Made by a program: the position numbers and the translations under genes. Under the pieces are notes generated by a model. The model was given only the letters and a program-made list of their open reading frames with translations, had not been told where the DNA came from and did no database searches. Positions 33,148 through 42,813 of a DNA stretch of 64,000 nucleotides are shown one piece after another (the first letter of the stretch is position 1; each line of letters begins with the position of its first letter). Source of the DNA: Rhodobacteraceae bacterium CG17_big_fil_post_rev_8_21_14_2_50_65_11 (GTDB lineage: Bacteria; Pseudomonadota; Alphaproteobacteria; Rhodobacterales; Rhodobacteraceae); the NCBI GenBank assembly GCA_002783145.1, contig PFEX01000231.1, forward strand, positions 10,746 to 74,745, written 5' to 3'.

Positions 33148-33932
33148 AAGAGCTCAACAGGATAGGGTTCCGCACCGAGGGCGCGATCGCGCGGTTGACC
33201 ATCGACCGTCCCGAGAAGATGAATGCCATCACGGCGGCGATGGGCGGCGAGATCGCGCGTCTCGCCGACGTGGTGGACCGCGACGACGCGATCAAGGTGC
33301 TCGTCATCGAGGGCGCGGGCGACAGGGCCTTCTCCGCCGGCAGCGACGTCAACATGCTCGACGATCTTGGAACGCCGTGGGAGGGCCGAAACCGCGCCGA
33401 TTACGACCGCGACTACGTCGCCCCCCTTCTGTCCCTGCGAAAGCCCGCGATCGCAGCGATCGACGGCTACTGCCTGGGCGGCGGCCTCGAGGTAGCGATG
33501 GCCTGCGACATCCGCGTGGCGACACGACGGTCGAGCTTCGGCGCGCCCGAAGTGCAGCGCGGCTGGCACGCGGGATCGGGCAACACCTCGATCCTGCCGC
33601 GCCTCGTCGGCTACGGCAATGCCGCGCTCTGGATCCTGACAGGCGACATCTTTCCCGCCGAGGAGGCTCATCGTGTGGGCTTCGTGCAGGTGCTATGCGC
33701 GCCCGAGGACCTCGAGGCGACGGCGATGCGGATCGCTGAGCGGATCGCGCGCAATCCGCCAATCGCCGTTCAGTCGGCCAAGACTATCATCCGCCAGAGC
33801 CAGGGCACATCGGTCGCCCAGGGGCTGGCATGGGAAAACGACGGCTACACGCTGTGCATGATGACGGAGGACGCCCGCGAAGGCATGCGCGCCTTCGCCG
33901 ACAAGCGCGAGCCGGTCTTCAGGGGAAAATGA
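33144..33932 (+). CDS. Enoyl-CoA hydratase/isomerase
   Basis: RPEKMNAI, AFSAGSDV, GGGLE and PEV (both catalytic Glu positions); ATGA overlap. Confidence 0.92.
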   Translation: MKELNRIGFRTEGAIARLTIDRPEKMNAITAAMGGEIARLADVVDRDDAIKVLVIEGAGDRAFSAGSDVNMLDDLGTPWEGRNRADYDRDYVAPLLSLRKPAIAAIDGYCLGGGLEVAMACDIRVATRRSSFGAPEVQRGWHAGSGNTSILPRLVGYGNAALWILTGDIFPAEEAHRVGFVQVLCAPEDLEATAMRIAERIARNPPIAVQSAKTIIRQSQGTSVAQGLAWENDGYTLCMMTEDAREGMRAFADKREPVFRGK

Positions 33933-33933
33933 C

Positions 33934-35178
33934 ATGCACAAGTCGAACGGGCGCGGACCGCTCGAAGGTATCAGGGTTCTCGACCTCACGATCGCCATGG
34001 CGGGGCCGCTGTGCACGCAACGCCTTGGCGAGATGGGGGCCGACGTCATCAAGATCGAAGCGCCGGGCGGCGGCGACTTCTCGCGACACGCCCCCATGGC
34101 GGGCGTCACGCGCTTCGGCGACGCCATGTGCTTCACCGAACTGAACCAGAACAAGCGCTCTCTCGTGCTCGACCTCAAGTCGGACGAAGGGCGGGGCGTG
34201 CTGCAGGCGCTGGTAGCCGAGGCCGACGTGCTCGTGCAGAACTTCCGTCCGCGCGTGGCCCGCAAGCTCGGCATCGACTACGCCACCCTCGGCCAGATCA
34301 ACCCGCGCCTCGTCCACGGCTCGATCTCGGGCTACGGAGAGACGGGGCCCATGGCCGACCGGCCGGGCCAGGACCTTCTCGTCCAGAGCTTCTGCGGCCT
34401 GACGATGAACGGCGGACGCCGCGACGGCCTTCCGCATCCCAGCCCGCTCTACATGGTCGACGTCACCGCGTCCCACATGCTGTGCGAGGGCATCCTCGCC
34501 GCGCTCGTCGCGCGGGGCCGCACCGGAGCCGGCGAGGAGGTCAAGGTCACGATGATCGGCGCCATCATGGAGATGCAGTGCCAGGAGGTTGCGACCTTCC
34601 TCGCGGCGGAGGCCGCGCCACGGCGTGGAGAGGCGCCGCAGGTCGTGTCCGTCTACCAGGAACCGCCCTACGGCGTCTTCAAATGCGCCGAAGGCTTCCT
34701 CGCCATCGCGCAGGCCGATCTCGACGTCCTGGCCCATGTGCTCGACCGGCCCGACCTCGCCGCGCTGAAGGCCGCGCGGCCGGCGGACGCCGACGGCGAC
34801 GCGATGACGGACTGGCGCGACCGGGTCTACGCCGCCTTCGCCGACCTGCTGGCGAGGGCCCCGGCCGAGACCTGGGACCGCAGGCTGGATGAGGCCGGGG
34901 TGTGGTGCATGGTGGTGAACGACTACACCGCCTTCCTGTCGCATCCGCAGGCAGCCGATCTGCTTGTCGAGGTCGAACATCCCGTCGGCGGCCGCTACCG
35001 CTCGGTGGCGCCCGGGATCGGCTTTTCCGGGGCCGGTCGCGCCGCGCCGCGCCCGGCGCCGCTCTACGGCCAGCACAGCGCCGGCATCCTCGCCGAGGCC
35101 GGATTCTCGGAAGAGGCGATCGAACGGCTGATCGCCGCCGGCGTTGTCGTCTCGTCACGCCAAAGCCGGGCCGCCTGA
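33934..35178 (+). CDS. Family III (CaiB/BaiF) CoA-transferase
   Basis: PLEGIRVLDL, GADVIKIE, NQNKRS, NFRP, ISGYG; candidate catalytic Asp in YMVDV. Confidence 0.92.
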   Translation: MHKSNGRGPLEGIRVLDLTIAMAGPLCTQRLGEMGADVIKIEAPGGGDFSRHAPMAGVTRFGDAMCFTELNQNKRSLVLDLKSDEGRGVLQALVAEADVLVQNFRPRVARKLGIDYATLGQINPRLVHGSISGYGETGPMADRPGQDLLVQSFCGLTMNGGRRDGLPHPSPLYMVDVTASHMLCEGILAALVARGRTGAGEEVKVTMIGAIMEMQCQEVATFLAAEAAPRRGEAPQVVSVYQEPPYGVFKCAEGFLAIAQADLDVLAHVLDRPDLAALKAARPADADGDAMTDWRDRVYAAFADLLARAPAETWDRRLDEAGVWCMVVNDYTAFLSHPQAADLLVEVEHPVGGRYRSVAPGIGFSGAGRAAPRPAPLYGQHSAGILAEAGFSEEAIERLIAAGVVVSSRQSRAA

Positions 35179-36326
35179 TGAAGATCACTGCGCTCAGGAC
35201 GTTCGTGGTTCCACCGCGCTGGCTGTTTCTCAAGATCGAGACCGACGAGGGCGTCTCGGGCTGGGGGGAGCCGGTGCTCGAGGGCCATGCGGAAACGCTC
35301 GCCGCGAAGATCGGCGAATATGCGACCTTCCTCGTCGGGCGCGATCCCGCGCGGATCGGCGACATCTGGCAGACGCTCTACCGCAACGGATGCTACCGCG
35401 ACGGCCCCGTGCTGATGAGCGCCATCTCGGGCATCGACATGGCGCTGTGGGACATCCAGGGCAAGGTTCTTGACCGTCCCGTGCATGCGCTTCTGGGTGG
35501 CCGCGTCCGCGACCGCATCCGGACCTACACCTGGATCGGTGGGGACACGGCCGACACGCTGATCGAGGATGCGCATCGCGCGCGGGCGGACGGGTATGCG
35601 GCGGCGAAGTTCAATGTGGCCGGCGCCCTTCCGATGATCGCCTCCCACGCCGAGGTCGACGCGATCGTGGGGCGGATAGGCGCGCTGCGCGACGCGGTGG
35701 GCCCGGGCTTCGATCTCGCCGTCGATTTCCACGGCCGGGCGAGCGTGGCGATGGCGAAGGTTCTTCTGAAGGAACTCGAGCCGCTGCGCCCGATCTTCGT
35801 CGAGGATCCCGTGCTCCCGGGGCAGATCGCGGCCATGGCCGACCTGGCCCGCAACACGTCGATTCCCCTTGCCTGCGGCGAGCGGCTGCATGCGATGGCC
35901 GCTTTCCGCGAGGTCTTCGAGCGTCGCGCCGCCGGTATCGTCAATCCCGACACCGCCCATGTCGGCGGCATCACGGCGATGGTCCGCATCGGGGCCTGGG
36001 CCGAGGCCTGCGACGTGGCGCTCGCGCCGCATTGTCCCCTCGGGCCGATCGCCTTCGCGGCCTGTCTCCAGGTCGACGCGGTCTGTCACAACGCCGTCTT
36101 GCAGGAGCATGCCTCAAGCATCCACTACAACGGCGACATCGGCCACGGCACCTACGTCGCGGGCGGCGCCGGCGCGGCGCAACGGGACGGGTTCGTCGCG
36201 ATCCCCGATGGCGCGGGGCTGGGCGTCGAGGTGGACGAGACCACGGTCGTCGAAAAGGCGGCCGAGGGGCATGCGTGGCGCGCGCCGGTCTGGCGCCACG
36301 CGGACAGTTCGATCGCGGAATGGTAG
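35178..36326 (+). CDS. dgoD: Galactonate dehydratase-like enolase-superfamily enzyme
   Basis: VPPRWLFLKIETDEG.GWGEP, SAISGIDMALWDI, DFHGR, APHCPLGP, ends WRHADSSIAEW. Confidence 0.85.
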   Translation: MKITALRTFVVPPRWLFLKIETDEGVSGWGEPVLEGHAETLAAKIGEYATFLVGRDPARIGDIWQTLYRNGCYRDGPVLMSAISGIDMALWDIQGKVLDRPVHALLGGRVRDRIRTYTWIGGDTADTLIEDAHRARADGYAAAKFNVAGALPMIASHAEVDAIVGRIGALRDAVGPGFDLAVDFHGRASVAMAKVLLKELEPLRPIFVEDPVLPGQIAAMADLARNTSIPLACGERLHAMAAFREVFERRAAGIVNPDTAHVGGITAMVRIGAWAEACDVALAPHCPLGPIAFAACLQVDAVCHNAVLQEHASSIHYNGDIGHGTYVAGGAGAAQRDGFVAIPDGAGLGVEVDETTVVEKAAEGHAWRAPVWRHADSSIAEW

Positions 36327-36339
36327 GGGGAGGCAGACG

Positions 36340-37449
36340 ATGACGTGGGAAAATGTCGGACGGGTCGCGGGCCTTCTGGCGGAAGAGGGACTCGACTGGG
36401 TCGTGCTGTCGTCCTTCGACGACGTCTGCTTCGCGACGGGGCGCGTCGTGGGCATCGAGACCGGGCCGTCGCCCTTCGCAGGGGGTCCGACGCTGGCGCT
36501 CGTGGGGCGGGACGCGAGCCACGGCATCGTCGCGTCGAACGTCGAGGGCATCCAGTCGGAGGGCACAGCCTACGAGGCCTACGAGGGCTTCTCGCTCGCC
36601 GTCACCGACCAGACGGGGAACTACGTCGCGGCGCTGGACAGGCTTCTGGCGCGGCTTGGCGTGTCGGGACGTGTCGGCGTCAAGGCGTCGCTTCCGGCCA
36701 TCGTGGCCGACAGGCTTCCGACCGGAACGCGGCGGATCGGCCCCGCGCTCGACCGTCTGCGCGCCGTCAAGACGGCGGCCGAGATCGCGCGGTTGACGCG
36801 GTGCGGCGAAGTCGCCGCAGCCGGGCAGGAGCGGGCCCGGGAGGCAAGCCGCCCCGGCAAGACCGAGGTCGGCGTCCTCAACGAAATCCGCGCCCGGATG
36901 GAGACCCTCGCCGAGGCGCGCTGCGCACTGGCGGGCGAATACATGGCCGGGTCCGACCGGACCGCGCGCCTGGGGCTTCCGGTCTCGGCGCATCCGGTTT
37001 CGGCCGGGGATCCGGTGATCTGCGATCTCGCCCCGCGCGTCGAGGGATACTGGGGCGACAGTTGCGGCGCTTTCGTGGTCGGCGCCCATGCGTCCGAGGC
37101 CTATCTCACGATGTGGCGGGCCGCGCGCGACGCGCTGGCATTGGCCGAGGCCGAGCTGCGCCCAGGGATGCGCGTTTCGGACTTCGACCGAACGATCCGG
37201 GACTTCATGGCTGGACGCGGGCGGTCCTGCCCGCACCACACCGGGCATGGCATCGGGGCGTCGGTGCACGAATGGCCCCGCCTCGTGCCCGGCGAGGATG
37301 CCCTGATCGAGCGGGACATGGTCCTCATGGTCGAGCCCGGTTGCTACGAGCCGGGGATCGGTGGGGTGCGCTGCGAGTTCATGCTGCGTGTCACCGAGAC
37401 GGGATGCGAGAACCTCACGCCCTTCACGATGGAGCCCGTCCTCGCATGA
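36340..37449 (+). CDS. M24 (Xaa-Pro peptidase/creatinase fold) metallohydrolase
   Basis: Metal-ligand motifs ICDL, YWGD, HHTGHGIG, VHE, VEPG, GVRCE. Confidence 0.88.
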   Translation: MTWENVGRVAGLLAEEGLDWVVLSSFDDVCFATGRVVGIETGPSPFAGGPTLALVGRDASHGIVASNVEGIQSEGTAYEAYEGFSLAVTDQTGNYVAALDRLLARLGVSGRVGVKASLPAIVADRLPTGTRRIGPALDRLRAVKTAAEIARLTRCGEVAAAGQERAREASRPGKTEVGVLNEIRARMETLAEARCALAGEYMAGSDRTARLGLPVSAHPVSAGDPVICDLAPRVEGYWGDSCGAFVVGAHASEAYLTMWRAARDALALAEAELRPGMRVSDFDRTIRDFMAGRGRSCPHHTGHGIGASVHEWPRLVPGEDALIERDMVLMVEPGCYEPGIGGVRCEFMLRVTETGCENLTPFTMEPVLA

Positions 37450-38351
37450 CCGCGCCCACCGGCATCCACTGCGTGCTCTACGCCTTCTTCGACCGCGCGG
37501 GCGCGTTGGACCGCGGCGCGATGCGGGCGCAGGTCGACTGCGTTCTGGAGATGGGCGTCGACGGGATCGCGGTGCTGGGCCTCGCTACCGAGGTCGGCAA
37601 GCTCTCGCCCATCGAGGCGCGTGATGTTATCGCATGGGCCGCGCAGGACATCGCGGGACGCTGTCCGCTGGCGGTGACGGTGGCGGGTGACAGCGTCCGG
37701 GCGCAACGCGAGATGCTGCTACAGGCCGTCGAATGCGGCGCGACGGGCGTGATCGTGCAGCCGCCGCGTCCCGCCTTGCCCGATGCGGCCGCGCTGGCCG
37801 ATCACTTCGCCAAAGTCGGTCGCGACGCCGGCGTCGCGGTCGGCATCCAGAACGCGCCGCAGTTCCTCGCGCAGTCGCTGTCAGCGGAAGAGACCGCGGC
37901 GCTGTCGGCGCGGATGCCTGAACTGGCCTTCGTCAAGGCCGAGGGCAACGCCGTCGATCTCGCCGAGTTGGTCGCGCGCATCTCGCCGCGCCTGGCCTGC
38001 CTCGGCGGGCGCGGCGGGCTGGAGATGACGGATTGCCTGCGGGTGGGCGCGTCGGGCTTCGTGCTGGCGCCCGATGCAGTCGACCACGCCTGCTGCGTTC
38101 TCGACCTGTGGCGGCGCGGCGAGACCGAGGCCGCCGAGGCCGCCCATGCCGAGGTTCTTCCCGCACTCGTCTTCATGATGCAGTCCATCGACCACCTCAT
38201 TTGCTACGGCAAGCGCATCTTTGCGGCCCGCGCGGGCCTGAGCGTCCACGATCGGGCACCGGCGCTGGCCCCGAGCGATGCAGGCCTCGACCTCGCGTTG
38301 CGCTGGGCCGGCCGCCTGGGTCCGATCCGGGCCCGGACGGGGGCGGCATGA
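37446..38351 (+). CDS. DHDPS/NAL-fold enzyme (2-keto-3-deoxy sugar acid dehydratase/aldolase-like)
   Basis: GIAVLGLATE, IQNAP, Schiff-base Lys in FVKAE; ATGA overlap. Confidence 0.82.
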   Translation: MTAPTGIHCVLYAFFDRAGALDRGAMRAQVDCVLEMGVDGIAVLGLATEVGKLSPIEARDVIAWAAQDIAGRCPLAVTVAGDSVRAQREMLLQAVECGATGVIVQPPRPALPDAAALADHFAKVGRDAGVAVGIQNAPQFLAQSLSAEETAALSARMPELAFVKAEGNAVDLAELVARISPRLACLGGRGGLEMTDCLRVGASGFVLAPDAVDHACCVLDLWRRGETEAAEAAHAEVLPALVFMMQSIDHLICYGKRIFAARAGLSVHDRAPALAPSDAGLDLALRWAGRLGPIRARTGAA

Positions 38352-38429
38352 CGCCCGCCCGAAACGCCTTGCAATGCGCCTGCCCCACCCAACGCAGCGA
38401 TAAACCGTGTTCAGTAGTGAACTGACCTG

Positions 38430-38458
38430 TTGCCCTGTTCGCAAAAGCCCTCTATGCT
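38430..38458 (+). promoter_or_regulatory. Sigma70-like promoter for the sulP-usp unit
   Basis: TTGCCC-N17-TATGCT. Confidence 0.5.
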
Positions 38459-38474
38459 GCAGTGCAGCAATCAC

Positions 38475-38530
38475 GGACCCGGATAATGTTCCGGGTGGCT
38501 CCCCCGGCCGCCAATCCGCCGGATAACGAC
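38475..38530 (+). ncRNA. Candidate cis-regulatory leader RNA (possibly the sul1 motif)
   Basis: Stem ACCCGGA/TCCGGGT overlapping an alternative stem GGTGGC/GCCGCC, in the 5' leader of a SulP gene. Confidence 0.5.
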
Positions 38531-38597
38531 AGACAACAGTGCCTGTGCACGACCGGTCGCGTGAAACAGATGCGTGTCGGTATCGGATATCCATTTC

Positions 38598-40088
38598 ATG
38601 TTTTCCCTCGACGCCTACCGCACCCAGTGGCTTGGCAACATCCGCGGCGACCTTCTGGCGGGGCTTGTCGTCGCGCTTGCGCTTATCCCCGAGGCGATCG
38701 CGTTTTCGATCATTGCCGGCGTCGATCCGAAGATCGGGCTTTACGCCAGCTTCTCGATCGCCGTGATAGTCGCCATCACCGGGGGCCGGCCGGGCATGAT
38801 CTCGGCCGCGACGGCGGCGACGGCGGTCCTGATGATCACCCTGGTGCGCGACCACGGGCTGCAATACCTGCTTGCCGCGACGGTGCTGGCCGGTCTCTTG
38901 CAGATCGCGGCTGGCCTGCTGAAGCTCGGCTTCATCATGCGCTATGTTTCCAAGTCGGTGATGACCGGCTTCGTGAACGCGCTTGCCATCCTGATCTTCA
39001 TGGCCCAGTTGCCCGAACTCGATCCGCGCGCTGTGTCCTGGATCACCTATGTGCTGGTCGCCGCCGGGCTTGCGATCATCTACCTTTTCCCGCTGCTGAC
39101 CACGGCGATTCCCTCGCCGCTGGTTACCATCGTCGTGCTGACCGGGCTGTCGGTCGCCCTTGGGTTGGACGTGCGCAATGTGGGCGACATGGGCGCGTTG
39201 CCCGACACGCTTCCGGTGTTCCTGATCCCCGACATTCCGCTGACCTTCGAAACGCTGATGATCATCCTGCCCTATTCGGTCGCTGTCGCGGTCGTCGGCC
39301 TGCTGGAAAGCCTGATGACGCAGAATATCGTTGACGACCTGACCGATACCAAATCGGACCGGAACCAGGAATGCGTCGGACAGGGCATCGCCAACACCGC
39401 CACCGGTTTCATCGGCGGGATGGCCGGCTGCGCGATGATCGGGCAGTCGATGATCAACGTGAAATCAGGCGGGCGCGGGCGCCTGTCGAGCGCAGCCGCC
39501 GGGATATTCCTTCTCATCATGGTGGTCGGCCTCGGCGATCTGGTCAGCATCATTCCGATGGCGGCGCTGGTGGCGATCATGATCATGGTGGCGATCGGCA
39601 CGTTCTCATGGTCGTCGATCAAGAACCTGACCGTGCATCCCCGGTCCTCCTCCATCGTGATGATCGCGACGGTGGTGGCCGTGGTCTATACTCACAACCT
39701 CGCCATCGGGGTTCTGGTCGGCGTGCTGCTGTCCGGCATTTTCTTCGCTGGCAAGATCGCGCAATTGTTCAACGTGACATCCGAGATCACCAAGAGCGGC
39801 AGCCACCGGACCTATGTCGTGGAAGGGCAGCTGTTTTATGGCTCGGTCGAGGATTTCATGAACGCTTTCGATTTCAAGGAGGCCTTGACCAAGGTCATCA
39901 TCGACGTCAGCCGGGCGCATATCTGGGATATCAGTTCGGTGCAGGCGCTGGATCTCGTGATCCTGAAATTCCGCCGCGACGGCGCCGAGGTCGAGGTTAT
40001 CGGCATGAACACGGCCACGGAAACCATTGTCGACAAGCTTGCCGTTCACGACAAGCCGGGCGCAATGGACAAGCTGATGGGCCATTGA
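38598..40088 (+). CDS. SulP family inorganic anion transporter with STAS domain
   Basis: [37 protein letters not shown]-terminal STAS. Confidence 0.95.
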   Translation: MFSLDAYRTQWLGNIRGDLLAGLVVALALIPEAIAFSIIAGVDPKIGLYASFSIAVIVAITGGRPGMISAATAATAVLMITLVRDHGLQYLLAATVLAGLLQIAAGLLKLGFIMRYVSKSVMTGFVNALAILIFMAQLPELDPRAVSWITYVLVAAGLAIIYLFPLLTTAIPSPLVTIVVLTGLSVALGLDVRNVGDMGALPDTLPVFLIPDIPLTFETLMIILPYSVAVAVVGLLESLMTQNIVDDLTDTKSDRNQECVGQGIANTATGFIGGMAGCAMIGQSMINVKSGGRGRLSSAAAGIFLLIMVVGLGDLVSIIPMAALVAIMIMVAIGTFSWSSIKNLTVHPRSSSIVMIATVVAVVYTHNLAIGVLVGVLLSGIFFAGKIAQLFNVTSEITKSGSHRTYVVEGQLFYGSVEDFMNAFDFKEALTKVIIDVSRAHIWDISSVQALDLVILKFRRDGAEVEVIGMNTATETIVDKLAVHDKPGAMDKLMGH

Positions 40089-40101
40089 GGGAGGAGACCC
40101 C

Positions 40102-40956
40102 ATGACACAGAAAATCATCGCATTGGTCGACGGGTCGATCTATTCCGAAAGCGTCTGCAAACACGCCGCGTGGATTTCACAACGCACCGAGGCGCCGGTG
40201 GAACTGATCCACGCCCTCGGCCGCCGCGACGCGCCGCAAAAGCAGGATCTTTCAGGATCCATCCGGCTTGGCGCGCGGACGAAGCTGATGGAAGAACTGG
40301 CAGAACTGGACGCGCAGCGCGCCAAGCTCGTGTCGCACCGGGGCCGTGCCGTGCTGGAGGATGCCCGTGCCATCGTCGATCGTGACGGCGTCACCGATAT
40401 CACCACCCGCCTGCGGCATGGCGATATCGTCGAGGCGATCACCGAGATCGAAAGCGATGCCCGCGTCATCGTGATCGGCAAGCGCGGCGAAGCGGCGGAT
40501 TTCGCCAAGGGGCACCTCGGGTCGAACCTCGAACGGATCGTGCGCGCGGCAAGCCGTCCGGTCTTCGTCGCCTCGCGCGCCTTCAAGCCGATCGAAAAGG
40601 TTCTGGTGGCCTATGATGGCGGAAGTTCCGCCATGAAGGCGGTCGATCACATCGCCCGCAGTCCACTTTTCCGCGGCCTGAAGGTCGAGGTCATCACCGT
40701 CGGCGCGGACAGTGCCGATCACCGCAAGGGGCTTGAGAATGCCAAGGCGCTGCTGAAGGCGGCGGGCATGGATGCCGACACGCGCGTGACCGAGGGCCGA
40801 CCGGAAGACGTGCTGGGCACGTTGGTCGAGGCAGAGGGTTTCGGAATGCTGGTAATGGGCGCCTATGGCCACAGCCGGATCCGCAGCCTCGTCATCGGTT
40901 CGACCACGACGGAAATGGTGCGGTCCTGCAAGGTGCCTGTGGTGTTGATGCGGTAG
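40102..40956 (+). CDS. Tandem universal stress protein
   Basis: Two USP domains: VDGS...IGKRG...LGSNLE and AYDGG...MGAYGHSRIRSLVIGSTT. Confidence 0.93.
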   Translation: MTQKIIALVDGSIYSESVCKHAAWISQRTEAPVELIHALGRRDAPQKQDLSGSIRLGARTKLMEELAELDAQRAKLVSHRGRAVLEDARAIVDRDGVTDITTRLRHGDIVEAITEIESDARVIVIGKRGEAADFAKGHLGSNLERIVRAASRPVFVASRAFKPIEKVLVAYDGGSSAMKAVDHIARSPLFRGLKVEVITVGADSADHRKGLENAKALLKAAGMDADTRVTEGRPEDVLGTLVEAEGFGMLVMGAYGHSRIRSLVIGSTTTEMVRSCKVPVVLMR

Positions 40957-40973
40957 CGACAGACCAGGGTAAC

Positions 40974-41198
40974 CTATCGGGAACAGGCGTTTTGTGTCGG
41001 ATCCGGCTCGCTTCTGACCATATTCGGAAACGCCTTCTGAAGAAGGGCGGCGTCGGCAGGATCGTCCGCCTCGATATAGGCGCGATCCCCATCCCAGAAA
41101 ATCCGGTGCGCCCCGGCTCCGACGTCGAAGATATAGCGATGTATCTGAGCGATTGTCTTGCGGCTGAGTTGCGGGTCCAGTGCGACTTTCGTGAACAT
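40974..41198 (-). CDS. Small hypothetical protein (74 aa)
   Basis: Strong AAGGAGGAG RBS before ATG and a natural-looking alpha/beta sequence; no family recognised. Confidence 0.6.
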   Translation of the reverse strand: MFTKVALDPQLSRKTIAQIHRYIFDVGAGAHRIFWDGDRAYIEADDPADAALLQKAFPNMVRSEPDPTQNACSR

Positions 41199-41586
41199 GA
41201 TGCTCCTCCTTGCCCGTGGTCACGGCGTGTGAATGACACTGCAAGCGGCAGCACGATCCGGCCGGAAAAAGCCAGGCGCAACTCCACCGTGTGTCAACAC
41301 CCGCAATCGGGATAGCGAGACGACCCCGTCGAGTCCATATCCGCCAGCGACAGGCTGCCATGCAAAAAACGGTTACCTTCCAGGGAGACTTTCACCCGGT
41401 GCGGTCACACGCCCGCGAAACCTTGCATCCCCGCCTGTCTTGTGAAAGCGTTCCTGAACATGTGCAGTTTCAGCTTGACCGGACCTGCCTTCATCCCACG
41501 GATAGCACGGTGATGACACGATCACGCTGACCGGATCCCGGTCCCGTGACGCGGCGGTCGGAACCGACAGGGGCATAAAGTAAAAT

Positions 41587-42807
41587 ATGTTGACCTTTTT
41601 CAGGGAAAACACGCAATGGCTGGCGGCGGGTTTCCTGCTGACCTTTTCCACGGCCTTTGGCCAGACGTGGTTCATTTCGCTTTTCGCCGGCCATATCCGC
41701 GACGATTACGGGCTGACCGATGGCGACTGGGGCAGCCTTTACACCCTCGCAACCCTGAGCGCCGCAGCCATGATGTTCTGGCGCGGATCGGTTGCGGACA
41801 CCGTCCCCCTGTCACGCCTCGCCCCGATCACGGCGCTGGTCTTCGCGGCGGCGTGCCTTGCGATGTCACTGTCGTCGGGATCTATCTGGCTTCTCGGGAT
41901 CACGCTCTTCCTGCTGCGCTTTTGCGGGCAGGGCATGTTCAGCCATATCGCAATGACGGCAATGGGCCGCTGGTTCGAGGCGCGGCGCGGGCAGGCAGTG
42001 TCCATCTCAAGCCTCGGCTACCCGGCAAGCGAAATGACGCTGTCCATCCTCGTGGTGCTGGTGGTCGCGGTCATCGGCTGGCGCCCGACATGGTTGGCGG
42101 TCGCGGTCATCCTCGCCGTCGGGGTCGCCCCGCTCCTGTGGCTGTTGTTGCGCCATGACCGGTCGCCAAAGGGCAGCGGCGAGTCGCAGATGATGACCGG
42201 GTTGATGGGGCGGCACTGGCGCCGACGCGATGCCGTGCGCCACTGGCTGATGCCGGCGCTTGTACCGGTGCTTCTGACGCCAGGCTTCATCGGCACGGTG
42301 GTTTTCTTCCAGCAGGTGCATATCGCCGAGGTGAAGGGCTGGACGCTTGTCGAAATGGCGCCCGGCTACACTGCCTTCGCGACGGCGACCGTCATTTCCG
42401 CCTTCCTCGCCGGTTGGGCGGCGGACCGGTTCGGGTCACAAAGGTTGCTGACGGTGTTCCTGCTTCCGATGGGGCTGGGTATCGCGCTTGTCGGCCCGGC
42501 TGAACAGGTGGTTGCGTGGTATGTCGCGCTTGGCGTCATCGGCATTACCCAAGGCGCGTCAAGCGCGCTTTGGGGCGTTCTGCTGCCGGATGTCTATGGC
42601 ACCAGGCACCTCGGCTCGATCCGGTCACTGGCGACAACGGTGATGGTGGTCGCCACCGCCATCGGGCCGGGCGTGACCGGCCTGTTGATCGACGCCGGCA
42701 TCGATTTTCCGACCCAGAGCTTCTACATGGGCGCATGGTGCTTCGTTCTGGCCATCGGCTGCGCTTTGATCGACCGCCGCCTGACGCGGGAATTGCGCGC
42801 CGCGTGA
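41587..42807 (+). CDS. MFS transporter
   Basis: FGQTWFISLF, LLRFCGQG, GWAADRFG, YGTRHLGSIR; multi-pass membrane protein. Confidence 0.9.
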   Translation: MLTFFRENTQWLAAGFLLTFSTAFGQTWFISLFAGHIRDDYGLTDGDWGSLYTLATLSAAAMMFWRGSVADTVPLSRLAPITALVFAAACLAMSLSSGSIWLLGITLFLLRFCGQGMFSHIAMTAMGRWFEARRGQAVSISSLGYPASEMTLSILVVLVVAVIGWRPTWLAVAVILAVGVAPLLWLLLRHDRSPKGSGESQMMTGLMGRHWRRRDAVRHWLMPALVPVLLTPGFIGTVVFFQQVHIAEVKGWTLVEMAPGYTAFATATVISAFLAGWAADRFGSQRLLTVFLLPMGLGIALVGPAEQVVAWYVALGVIGITQGASSALWGVLLPDVYGTRHLGSIRSLATTVMVVATAIGPGVTGLLIDAGIDFPTQSFYMGAWCFVLAIGCALIDRRLTRELRAA

Positions 42808-42813
42808 GGCGAC

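Noticed and set aside
32274-38351. Long fusion-like ORFs in the track (552 aa at 32274, 526 aa at 35869, 668 aa at 36345)
   Set aside because: Their N-terminal parts are Arg/Gly/Ala-rich off-frame readings of the upstream genes; real starts are at 33144, 36340 and 37446.
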